64,000 bases of DNA from the IMG/VR virus record IMGVR_UViG_3300031841_004047. One strand, 5' to 3'. Source of the DNA: a virus. The notes beneath the pieces were generated by a model. The model saw nothing but the letters and a program-made list of their open reading frames with translations. It did no database searches and was not told the origin of the DNA. Position 1 is the first letter of the stretch. Every line of letters begins with the position of its first letter. Of the stretch, positions 15,267-23,587 are shown piece by piece. Made by a program: the position numbers and the translations under genes.

Positions 15267-15973
15267 AAAAAATCAGAGATATTCCTTATATTGATTTCGT
15301 TTTCTTCTCCACAGCTGGAGCATTTAAAATTATGTTTTACTTCACACACTGGCATCTTATCTAAAAATTCTTTCATCTTTATAAACTGGTCACTAGACAT
15401 AGACTCTATGAATCTAATCAACTGTTCCTTTGGTTCATCCTTCACCAGTATAACTTCTTCAGGAGTGTTTATCGAAACAATACATTCTCCTATCAGTTCA
15501 ATAAGTTGCTCTACATCAGTAGAATCTTTGTTTATATTCTCGTTGTTAGACATCTTATTATATAAAGGCCACTGCATATCAACGCTGTACTCTTCATCTA
15601 AGATGATCTTTGAGTCAGTCTTTATATCACCAATAACTTTAACTTCATCAATGTTTACCGATATATCATTTGATTGGTCACAACTTTTACAAGAAGAAGT
15701 AAGCTCGATAATCTCGCCGGTTGACTTTCCTCTGATCTTAGTAAACATATACTCAACATCAAATAAATGTAGCTTATCATAATTTACTTCATCATGTACG
15801 CAGCTCTTGATGGTATCAATCACTGCTCTTAAAGATGCTTTCTCATCTTTTGATTCGAGAGCCATCATTAAGATCTTTTCTTCTTTTACTAGATACGGTC
15901 TAAACCTAACCGTTTCTCCAGTAGATGGTATGTTCATTTCATACTTTGGTTTGTCGTTTAATATAGGAATCAT
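15263..15973 (-). CDS. gp26: baseplate hub assembly chaperone gp26
   Basis: PKYEMNIPSTGETVRFRPYLVKEEKILMMA, DVEYMF.KIRGKS.GE, two CxxC motifs, ends DFF. Confidence 0.9.
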   Translation of the reverse strand: MIPILNDKPKYEMNIPSTGETVRFRPYLVKEEKILMMALESKDEKASLRAVIDTIKSCVHDEVNYDKLHLFDVEYMFTKIRGKSTGEIIELTSSCKSCDQSNDISVNIDEVKVIGDIKTDSKIILDEEYSVDMQWPLYNKMSNNENINKDSTDVEQLIELIGECIVSINTPEEVILVKDEPKEQLIRFIESMSSDQFIKMKEFLDKMPVCEVKHNFKCSSCGEENEINIRNISDFF

Positions 15974-15991
15974 AATGTTCTCTTTTCATGT

Positions 15992-16612
15992 TTAAAATTG
16001 TGGGAAATTTGGTATCCCTTCCGCTTCGTTTCGTCTAAATTGCTCCTTCGCTGCGTTTACAGGTGAGGGTTTTTGTTTTCCTGTTTTATTATCTAAATAA
16101 ATCGGCATCCAGCTCGTATATGAGAGCTCAACGGAATACTCAGTAACAGTATCGTTTATCTGATTTCCCATCTCGATAGGTTGTAGAGTAGTTGGAAATG
16201 CTTCGAACAACTTACATCCACTTATCTTATTTCCCATCCTGTCAAGATGAAAGACCGACATATCTTTCTGATAGGTGTTCTTAAATTTCAATTCATTACG
16301 AGAAAAGTTTATTGATAGATCAGCCCATCTTTCGAAATATTCTTTTACTTTAAAATCATTCAAAACATAGAAGCTTAGTCTTATATCATCAACTGCGTAT
16401 CCGTAAGCTATTTTTTCAAACTTCATTCCGACCTGAAAGTCTGAGGATAAAATCTGTTTTCCTGGCAGATTCACGGCGTTACATAATAGTTGCATTTCTC
16501 TCATATCTATACCAGACCCAGGAATAGGAGGAAGCTCAGCCAAAAATCTATTTGGATTAGCTGCACCTTTACTGTTAACAAGTGATATGAACTCATTGAC
16601 ATTAATTGTCAT
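15992..16612 (-). CDS. gp54: tail-tube initiator / gp19 paralog (gp54-like)
   Basis: NRFLAELP, C.AVNLPGK, FY..NDF..KEYFERW, FEAFP......EM; tube-family fold. Confidence 0.65.
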   Translation of the reverse strand: MTINVNEFISLVNSKGAANPNRFLAELPPIPGSGIDMREMQLLCNAVNLPGKQILSSDFQVGMKFEKIAYGYAVDDIRLSFYVLNDFKVKEYFERWADLSINFSRNELKFKNTYQKDMSVFHLDRMGNKISGCKLFEAFPTTLQPIEMGNQINDTVTEYSVELSYTSWMPIYLDNKTGKQKPSPVNAAKEQFRRNEAEGIPNFPQF

Positions 16613-17270
16613 ATATAGCCCTCCTTGACTCTCTGTATATTTGACTTGTTCTGGCTTTTCTAAACTGAGCCGTTGGAAGGAAAGTAGCTATCTCCCATTC
16701 AGGAGCCATTACTCTTGCAAATCGACTTCTTACGTGAGCAACTAAGTAGTGTTTGACGCAGGGTTTAAAATACTTTAGTTTAGCCGATCTTTGAAGCATC
16801 TCATACCTAAGTCTAAATTTAGTTCTATCATCATATCTATCATCGCTTGTTAGATCCATGAGCCCGTCCAAGAACTTAGCTCTGAGAGCAGGCGCCAGGT
16901 AGTGAAGGTTCAAACCAAGAAACCCACCTTGGGCCTGACCGATAATGATTACTAGCGGGAACACGTCATAGTAAGGTAGCGTCTCTTTGTGTTTTGGATC
17001 ATAAAAGAACATAACCATAGACCCAATAACTTGACGACTTGTAAGCTGTAGACTCTCATCCCTCATTATCTGAGTTCTATTTACTCTTCTTAAAGAAGAC
17101 GCTTTATTCTGAAACCACTCTCTTGACTCCTTGGTCCTTGGAGTTATCCCTGCTCTAAAAGCTTCTATCTCTAATCTTTGAAATAAGTTACTGTTACCTC
17201 TATTTTCAAGTAGAAAATTAGTCGCTTCGTTTTGGTCAGTTAATTGCGTAAATGTATTTTCTATGGCCAT
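16602..17270 (-). CDS. gp2: DNA end protector protein gp2
   Basis: G.MVMFFYDPKHKETLPYYD.FPL, FLGLNLHYL, FKPC.KHYL..HV.S, EWEIA.FLPT..F. Confidence 0.92.
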   Translation of the reverse strand: MAIENTFTQLTDQNEATNFLLENRGNSNLFQRLEIEAFRAGITPRTKESREWFQNKASSLRRVNRTQIMRDESLQLTSRQVIGSMVMFFYDPKHKETLPYYDVFPLVIIIGQAQGGFLGLNLHYLAPALRAKFLDGLMDLTSDDRYDDRTKFRLRYEMLQRSAKLKYFKPCVKHYLVAHVRSRFARVMAPEWEIATFLPTAQFRKARTSQIYRESRRAIYDN

Positions 17271-17294
17271 TAAATCATTTCCTCTTCTAACTTC

Positions 17295-17302
17295 TATTTA
17301 TA
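17295..17302 (-). promoter_or_regulatory. T4 late promoter TATAAATA (minus strand)
   Basis: TATTTATA on plus strand, about 25 nt upstream of gp2. Confidence 0.75.
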
Positions 17303-17309
17303 TACTAGA

Positions 17310-17786
17310 TCAGATTTTTTTAAGAGGAGGTAGAGATTTCATTTGTTTAGGAAGTATCCCCATTGATTGAAGAGTCTTTTCGGTCCAGACTTGAAACTGC
17401 CAACCTCTATCTTTTGCAAATGTGTTAGCAGCTTTCCACTTATTCATGTTCTTAACGTATGTCATTCCTTCATTCAAGTATCTCTTTGTTTTACGACCCG
17501 GATTTTTTGGAGGCATGGTTTCTTTCTCTGGTTTTATCTCGACTAGAAGTGTTTTACCATCTTTGAAAGTTATTTTTAAATCAACAAAATATCTATGATA
17601 TTTCTTATCTACTTCATATAAGTATGGTATAACAATCTCTTCTGAACTCCAGTTCTTTACCGATGAGTTGTTGTCACACCAGCTGAAGCATCGAGCTTCC
17701 CACATAGATCTATACACTACGTTGTCTGGGTCACCCTTATACTTACTCCTATGCTTTACTCTATAGAATCCTTTATATGTCTTCAT
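17310..17786 (-). CDS. gp4: head completion nuclease gp4
   Basis: YKG.Y...KYKGDP.NVVYRS.WE, WSSEE..IPY, HRYFVD, LVEIKP.KET, N..KW.AA; start moved to ATG 17786. Confidence 0.93.
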   Translation of the reverse strand: MKTYKGFYRVKHRSKYKGDPDNVVYRSMWEARCFSWCDNNSSVKNWSSEEIVIPYLYEVDKKYHRYFVDLKITFKDGKTLLVEIKPEKETMPPKNPGRKTKRYLNEGMTYVKNMNKWKAANTFAKDRGWQFQVWTEKTLQSMGILPKQMKSLPPLKKI

Positions 17787-17791
17787 GCCTG

Positions 17792-17825
17792 TATAAATAC
17801 CATTAAGTGTTTTTAGATATTTATC
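17792..17825. promoter_or_regulatory. divergent late promoters (TATAAATA + at 17792-17799; GATAAATA - at 17818-17825)
   Basis: Located between divergent gp4 and gp48. Confidence 0.65.
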
Positions 17826-17834
17826 GGAGAAAAT

Positions 17835-18926
17835 ATGCCTGGAATTAAGGGAAGTGCTCTTCAAAAAAAGTACCTACAGCTTACGAGTCAAAACGAAGCT
17901 ATCGACTATGGTAGTAACTTAAAATTTCCTAGTGATCTGGGAGAGCACGGCAGCGATGATACGCCAGGAGGATATTCTGGAAAAATTACTTTTCGCTCCT
18001 TCGCTACCGAACCCCCTGATCCCGGTAATATTGGATCTGATTTTTTACAAGGTGCAAAAAACCTTACTGATAATTTATTAACTGAGGCGGCCGAAGCTAC
18101 AGGGGAGGCATTCCGCAGTTTTTTTGGCTTTAAATCTCCTCCTAACTACAGTCCTCCTGGGACAGGAACTGTAAGAGCTAATGTCTCTCAGAGCTATCCT
18201 ACTGATACTGAATCTTATTATAGCGGTAGAGCAAAGTTTACTGGAAGAAGTGTTTCTTTGTACATGCCTCCGGCCATACAAATAGGAGATAGGATTGACA
18301 TAGATAACACGGTTTCTTTTGGAACGTTTGGAGAAGCTCTTGATCGATCACTGGGATCAGGAGGTGGGCTTTCAAGTGCTTTAATGAATGCTACTTCAGC
18401 ATCCACTGAGTCGATAGTAGCAGCCCTAGGAGGACAGGGTTTAAGCCCAGAACTAGTTAGGTTGGGTCTATCAAAAGCAGCAGGTGTTTTAAGCAATAAC
18501 GCAAGCGGTGTCGTGAGAACTGCTCTTGGCGTGACACCCAATCCAAATATAAGAGCCGTGTTTAGATCAGTAGGTTTAAGATCTTTTAATTTATCATTTA
18601 AACTTACACCGAGATCATACAAAGAAGCTATGACAATTGGAAGAATAATAAAGTTCTTTAGGACAAACGCATACCCTGAAACATTCTTGGTTGCCGGACT
18701 TCCAGCTGGATATTACTTTCCAAATAAATTTAAGATACACTTTCAGTACGGCGAAAAAGAAGTGGCAACTAAAACACATCTGTCTTATCTTACTGATATT
18801 CAAACTACATATAATCCTCAATCTATGTCCTTTTATGAGGGAGGTCATTTTCAAGAAATTGATTTATCTCTTACATTCATCGAGGAAAGAACAGTTGATA
18901 GGCAACAAGTGGAGGAAGGCTTCTAA
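17835..18926 (+). CDS. gp48: baseplate tail-tube cap gp48-like
   Basis: SLYMP, NPN...F....RSFN.SFKL.PRS.KEA..I..IIKFFR...YP, .LT.I...Y. Confidence 0.8.
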   Translation: MPGIKGSALQKKYLQLTSQNEAIDYGSNLKFPSDLGEHGSDDTPGGYSGKITFRSFATEPPDPGNIGSDFLQGAKNLTDNLLTEAAEATGEAFRSFFGFKSPPNYSPPGTGTVRANVSQSYPTDTESYYSGRAKFTGRSVSLYMPPAIQIGDRIDIDNTVSFGTFGEALDRSLGSGGGLSSALMNATSASTESIVAALGGQGLSPELVRLGLSKAAGVLSNNASGVVRTALGVTPNPNIRAVFRSVGLRSFNLSFKLTPRSYKEAMTIGRIIKFFRTNAYPETFLVAGLPAGYYFPNKFKIHFQYGEKEVATKTHLSYLTDIQTTYNPQSMSFYEGGHFQEIDLSLTFIEERTVDRQQVEEGF

Positions 18927-19660
18927 TGTCATATTTTAGATTTTTTCCCAGTGTAAACTATAGGTTTGGAAACGAGTTATCATATAACTTATTTCCACAA
19001 TTGAACGCCTATGTCGATTTGATAGATCAAGTAAAAGACGCCAATAGCTTTTACTTATACGTTGATGTTAAAGATGGAGACAGACCGGACCACGTCTCAT
19101 ATGGTTTGTATGAAACTACACAACATTACTGGACCTTTTACTTACTTAATGATCATATAAGAAGACAAGGATGGCCTATATCGGATAATGAAGTCGTAGA
19201 CTTCGCAAAGAAAAACTTTCCAAACAGAACACTTACTTTTAGAGAACACCTATACGATAAGTTTCAGATTGGAGAAGTTTTAACTGGAACTCAGAGCGCA
19301 GCCACCGGTACTGTTGTATCAAGAAATCTGAATCTTGGTCAAATAGTAGTTAAACCTACAAACAGCTATACCTTTTCAGCGAATGAATCCGTATATAGTT
19401 TAATAAACGGAGTTACTACTTCCGCAACTACCGTAGCATCAACTTTGGAATACTTGTCTGTTCATCACTACGAGGATGGGAATCAAGAAATAGCAGACTT
19501 CAACCCAGCACTTGGCCCTGGTTCTGAGTTATCGGCTAAGACTTGGTTTGACATATGTATGGAAGAAAACCAAAAACTTAAAAAAATTAAAGCCTTTAGA
19601 CCAGATGTCATTGATGATATAGTAGACAAATTTAGAACGGAATTGAGGACTAGCTTATAA
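18926..19660 (+). CDS. gp53: baseplate wedge subunit gp53
   Basis: MSYFRFFP.V.Y, DGDRPD.VSY.LY....YWTF.LLN, GWP, EN.K.K.IK. Confidence 0.88.
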   Translation: MSYFRFFPSVNYRFGNELSYNLFPQLNAYVDLIDQVKDANSFYLYVDVKDGDRPDHVSYGLYETTQHYWTFYLLNDHIRRQGWPISDNEVVDFAKKNFPNRTLTFREHLYDKFQIGEVLTGTQSAATGTVVSRNLNLGQIVVKPTNSYTFSANESVYSLINGVTTSATTVASTLEYLSVHHYEDGNQEIADFNPALGPGSELSAKTWFDICMEENQKLKKIKAFRPDVIDDIVDKFRTELRTSL

Positions 19661-21078
19661 TGAGTTCTGATAAATCTGATAGACAGTTTACCACTCCTCA
19701 GTCTTATCAAGTGGTTGATATTCAAGTCAACACACCAAGATACGCTAATATTGACTCCAGGGGATTCAATATCAGAAATATGGTTTCAGAAATAAATCTA
19801 TATGAGCACATCGATAAACCTTACATAACTGGAAACATGTTTATAGCGGATGCTCCAGGTGGATTAAGTATTACTAATAGCTTGAATATAATGGGTACCG
19901 AGAATATTTTAATTAAGCTTAGAACTGCATCAAACAACGTTAGTGTTAACGGTGATCCATTAGAAATAGAAAAAAGATTCGTTGTAACAGAAATCATAGC
20001 GCAAAATAAAAGTTCTGATAGGTCCGAAGGTTTTATTATAAGTTTTGTGGAAGATCACGCATACTTATCCGCACTTATTAACTTAAATAGATCATATAAC
20101 GGAACCGTTAAAGAAATAATTACTCAGATACTAAAAGAAGAACTGGATAGAGAATTGATCTCTAGACCTGAAGTTCAGTATGAACCCTTTCAAGATAAGT
20201 TGACTCGTGTTATAATCCCAAACCTTAATCCCTTGAAGGCCGTGAACTGGTTAAAGGATAGAGTGACCACGGAAAAAGGATACCCATTTTATCTGTATAG
20301 CAGCATTGGTGATGACAAGTTAAGGTTCCTTGATCTAGAATCGATGCTTGAATTAAACGCGATCAACGATGAACCTTTACCCGCCTATACTTTTGGATCA
20401 TCACTAACGTCTACTCCTCCCGGTGCAATTTCCGACCAAAGAGAAGCTTACAATATAATAGAGTTCCATCTATCAAGATCCGATAACTCAATAGAACTTT
20501 CGAAAAGAGGATTTACCGGAGCAAGATACAACTTTGTCGATACAACAACTGGAAGACAAGAAAAAGTGGATTTTCATATTCTTGATGTGTATAAAGACTT
20601 AGTTGAAAGAAAACTACTGGATGGTCTAAGCGATACTCCGCTTTATGACTATAGAGCTCTTTTTGATGATTCCCGAATGGATGAGTTTGCGTCTAGAGAA
20701 ATTACTACGTATATAACGTCTGGTCAGTATCAAGATTTCAATGACTACGGAAGCTACCATGAAGCCGTGACACCTGAACTATGTAGAAATAAAGTTGTCG
20801 CCAAGAGTCTAAGACATTGGTTACACAAAAGCCCGTTGACTATCGTTGTCCCCGGAAGAAATTTTTTAAAAAGAAATAATAACATGACTCTTGGAAATAA
20901 GATTAGAGTAATGTTTATCTCTGCTTCAGAAAGAACTGGATCAGTAAGAGATATACTAGATTTGAAGAAAACCGGCAGCTACATAATTAATTCAGCCAAA
21001 CACACTTTTATAGGACAAACTACAAACCAAAGCTATACGGTGACATTAAACTTAGTTAGACTAGGAGGGGCTATATAA
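19660..21078 (+). CDS. baseplate hub protein (gp27-like by position)
   Basis: SEINLYEHIDKPYITG, IIPNLNPL.A..WL, YPF.LY; between gp53 and gp5. Confidence 0.6.
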   Translation: MSSDKSDRQFTTPQSYQVVDIQVNTPRYANIDSRGFNIRNMVSEINLYEHIDKPYITGNMFIADAPGGLSITNSLNIMGTENILIKLRTASNNVSVNGDPLEIEKRFVVTEIIAQNKSSDRSEGFIISFVEDHAYLSALINLNRSYNGTVKEIITQILKEELDRELISRPEVQYEPFQDKLTRVIIPNLNPLKAVNWLKDRVTTEKGYPFYLYSSIGDDKLRFLDLESMLELNAINDEPLPAYTFGSSLTSTPPGAISDQREAYNIIEFHLSRSDNSIELSKRGFTGARYNFVDTTTGRQEKVDFHILDVYKDLVERKLLDGLSDTPLYDYRALFDDSRMDEFASREITTYITSGQYQDFNDYGSYHEAVTPELCRNKVVAKSLRHWLHKSPLTIVVPGRNFLKRNNNMTLGNKIRVMFISASERTGSVRDILDLKKTGSYIINSAKHTFIGQTTNQSYTVTLNLVRLGGAI

Positions 21079-21995
21079 TGGTGAAGTCTCTTAATTTCGA
21101 TACTCCAGAAGAAAATTCAAAATGGTTCTTCGCAAGAGTTATTTCCAACAGAGATCCTCTCGGTCTCGGTAGACTTAAAATTCGAATCATAGGTATGCAT
21201 TCTTCCGATATAGTTCTTTTACCTGAAAAAGATCTTCCTTGGGCCCAGGTTATCGGAGCTACTTCTTCATCTGGTAACGGTCTATTTATGAGTACAACTC
21301 CAGATAGTTTCGTCTTTGGTACCTTCATAGACGGTGCTTCTGCTCAGATACCAATTATATTTGGAGCTGTACCGTATAAAGTAACACCAAGCTTGACTCA
21401 AAGCGATGATCCAAGAAACGAAAGTCAGTATATAAGAGATCAATCTTTTGGGGGTCTACCATCCAGCTCGTTAAGTGTTCAAGAAAAAGGAAGTGTTCCA
21501 GAAACAGTATTTGACTTCTTTGCACTCAATGGGTTCAGTCTTGAACAGGCTGCTGGATTCGTAGGTAACTTTCATGCTGAATCAAAGAATAACCCGGCTG
21601 CTAAGAATCCTAATGATAAGGGTCTACCCGCACAAGGTCTAGCTCAATGGAGAGGAGATAGGCTAAGACAGCTTAAAGCTTTCGCTAGAGAGATAAAGAT
21701 TCCAGAAAATTCTCAAGTATCATCTCAAGACGAGTGGTATCTAACAGCAGATGTTCAGCTTCCATTCGTTTTATGGGAATTATCAAGTACAGAAAAAGTT
21801 GCGGCTGGACATATAAGAGCCGCGACTACAGCGAGAGAAGCAGCCATCGCAATATGCAGAAGGTATGAAAGACCAGAGAATAAGATAGTAAATGGTGTTT
21901 ACACTAGCCCCTCTTTAGATCTGAGAATTCAAGTCGCCGAAGAGGCGTTGGAAAATTTTGGAAGAGCAGCTGCTACTGGTCCGACTGTTAGATAG
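21078..21995 (+). CDS. gp5: gp5 N-terminal OB-fold fused to phage tail lysozyme (Phage_lysozyme2-like)
   Basis: DPLGLGRLKIRIIGMH..LPWA..FVFG.F.DG..AQ.P; then QAAGFVGN...ES, GLAQW.G.R, YERP. Confidence 0.85.
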   Translation: MVKSLNFDTPEENSKWFFARVISNRDPLGLGRLKIRIIGMHSSDIVLLPEKDLPWAQVIGATSSSGNGLFMSTTPDSFVFGTFIDGASAQIPIIFGAVPYKVTPSLTQSDDPRNESQYIRDQSFGGLPSSSLSVQEKGSVPETVFDFFALNGFSLEQAAGFVGNFHAESKNNPAAKNPNDKGLPAQGLAQWRGDRLRQLKAFAREIKIPENSQVSSQDEWYLTADVQLPFVLWELSSTEKVAAGHIRAATTAREAAIAICRRYERPENKIVNGVYTSPSLDLRIQVAEEALENFGRAAATGPTVR

Positions 21996-22006
21996 AAAGG
22001 TATATA

Positions 22007-23587
22007 ATGACGAGTGTTAATAAACTTCCAATAAATGATTTGAGAGATCAACTTACTAGTGTTGCTAGTAACACAAATATCTCATCAAGCATAATAAAAA
22101 TTTCTCAATCAGTTAAAAAATTTTCGTCTACCCAGAGTACGGTTTTGGGCAGAGAGTTTGGAGAAGTTATCGGCGGTGTTCAGAGCCTAACTCAGGAAGA
22201 TGAGTTTCCAGCGACTGATAACATTCAATCTTCGGTAGCACCAATGGCAACACTTACGGCTGCAGCACAAAGTACTCTAACAAAAACTTTGTCTAATAGT
22301 TCTGATGCGAGTAAATTAACTAATTCTTCAAATGCTACTAACGGTTTTCTGGAAGCAACATTACTATTGGGCTCACCTCAATCAATTAAAAACGCTGTCT
22401 CAAAATCATCGGGTGTGGATTTACCAGCTGGTAGCCTGCTTCCCTTTGTTCCTTCTAATCTTCAAGATGTTGCTGGTGAAGCTCTTGATAATTTAAACAC
22501 TGCATCAAATTTTTCTCAACAACTATCATCTTTAAATTTAAATATTCCATCGGCTGTAGGTGAGATAAGTACAGCAATCAACTCTTTAATAGGCAGCGTA
22601 GGTAACGGGATTATAGGTAAGTCTTTACTAAGTAAAAGCAACATCTTCAAAGAATTCTTAACGGAGGTTACTAAGGGTGGTTTAAGTGAAGAAGATTTAG
22701 ATCTCGGAGTTGATCTGATTCTTCAAAATAAAAACAGTCAAGTTCTTGATCTAGTAGCATCGAGTCCATCAACTGCATATGGACCGGCCGATCTTGATAC
22801 TATCATAAGTCAAGTAAATTCTTCGGTATCATCAAACATTGACATTGGATCTTTAGAAACCGGATTTAGATCAAGTCGTGATGAAAGAGATTTATCTAAT
22901 ACAAGAACTTCATTTGAAGACACTGGAACCGGAGATTTTTCTGGGTATACTTTTGATGAAGTTGGAAGTGTAGAAGAACTCATAGCTGAGCTTAAGGGTG
23001 TAAACAGGCCTATAACTGAGACCGTAGTTCACTGGACTGCACACTATAATAATCAACCATACGTTGGAGCTAGAGAGCTTCACGAAATAGCATTAAGTAG
23101 AGGATTTTCTAGAGGATGTTCTTATCATTATATAATTAAACAGAATGGAATAATTGAAAGAGGAAGACCAGTAAATATTATTGGCGCCCATGCAAAAGCC
23201 GCTGGTCATAACAACTTTAGTATAGGAGTATCGATGGTTGGAGGTTATAACTGTCCAGTAGGAACGGCTCAACCGGATAGATACATAAGCAGTGAAAGTT
23301 TAAATCAAGCTCAGTTTGATTCACTTGATAAATATTTCAGAGCTTTCTTTACGGTGTTTCCTGGAGCTCAGGCTTTTGGCCATAGAGATTTTGATCTAAA
23401 TAAAGTGGATCCCGGTTTCGACGTAAGCGGATACATTGAGACTAAATTTAATAAGACTAACGTAAAGAGTCCTACTGAAGGTCCAGCTACTCTATCAGAA
23501 ATCGCTACTCTGAGAGGAGAACAGACCGAAGGAGAGAATATTGAAGCATATGATCCGACCACAGTAGCGCTACTGGAGGATATCTAA
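22007..23587 (+). CDS. baseplate-associated protein with C-terminal N-acetylmuramoyl-L-alanine amidase (Amidase_2, T7-lysozyme-like)
   Basis: VVHWTA, YHYII..NG.IE.GRP, GAH, N..SIGV.MVGG, GHRD, PGFDV. Confidence 0.85.
   Translation: MTSVNKLPINDLRDQLTSVASNTNISSSIIKISQSVKKFSSTQSTVLGREFGEVIGGVQSLTQEDEFPATDNIQSSVAPMATLTAAAQSTLTKTLSNSSDASKLTNSSNATNGFLEATLLLGSPQSIKNAVSKSSGVDLPAGSLLPFVPSNLQDVAGEALDNLNTASNFSQQLSSLNLNIPSAVGEISTAINSLIGSVGNGIIGKSLLSKSNIFKEFLTEVTKGGLSEEDLDLGVDLILQNKNSQVLDLVASSPSTAYGPADLDTIISQVNSSVSSNIDIGSLETGFRSSRDERDLSNTRTSFEDTGTGDFSGYTFDEVGSVEELIAELKGVNRPITETVVHWTAHYNNQPYVGARELHEIALSRGFSRGCSYHYIIKQNGIIERGRPVNIIGAHAKAAGHNNFSIGVSMVGGYNCPVGTAQPDRYISSESLNQAQFDSLDKYFRAFFTVFPGAQAFGHRDFDLNKVDPGFDVSGYIETKFNKTNVKSPTEGPATLSEIATLRGEQTEGENIEAYDPTTVALLEDI

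Noticed and set aside
13763-15995. Plus-strand ORFs inside the tape measure and gp26 (13763, 14254, 14423, 15291, 15807)
   Set aside because: Antisense shadows of low-complexity coding sequence, with no RBS or family motifs
17310-17786. gp4 nuclease as a homing endonuclease
   Set aside because: Sequence and synteny match the conserved head-completion protein; no intron or intein was seen anywhere
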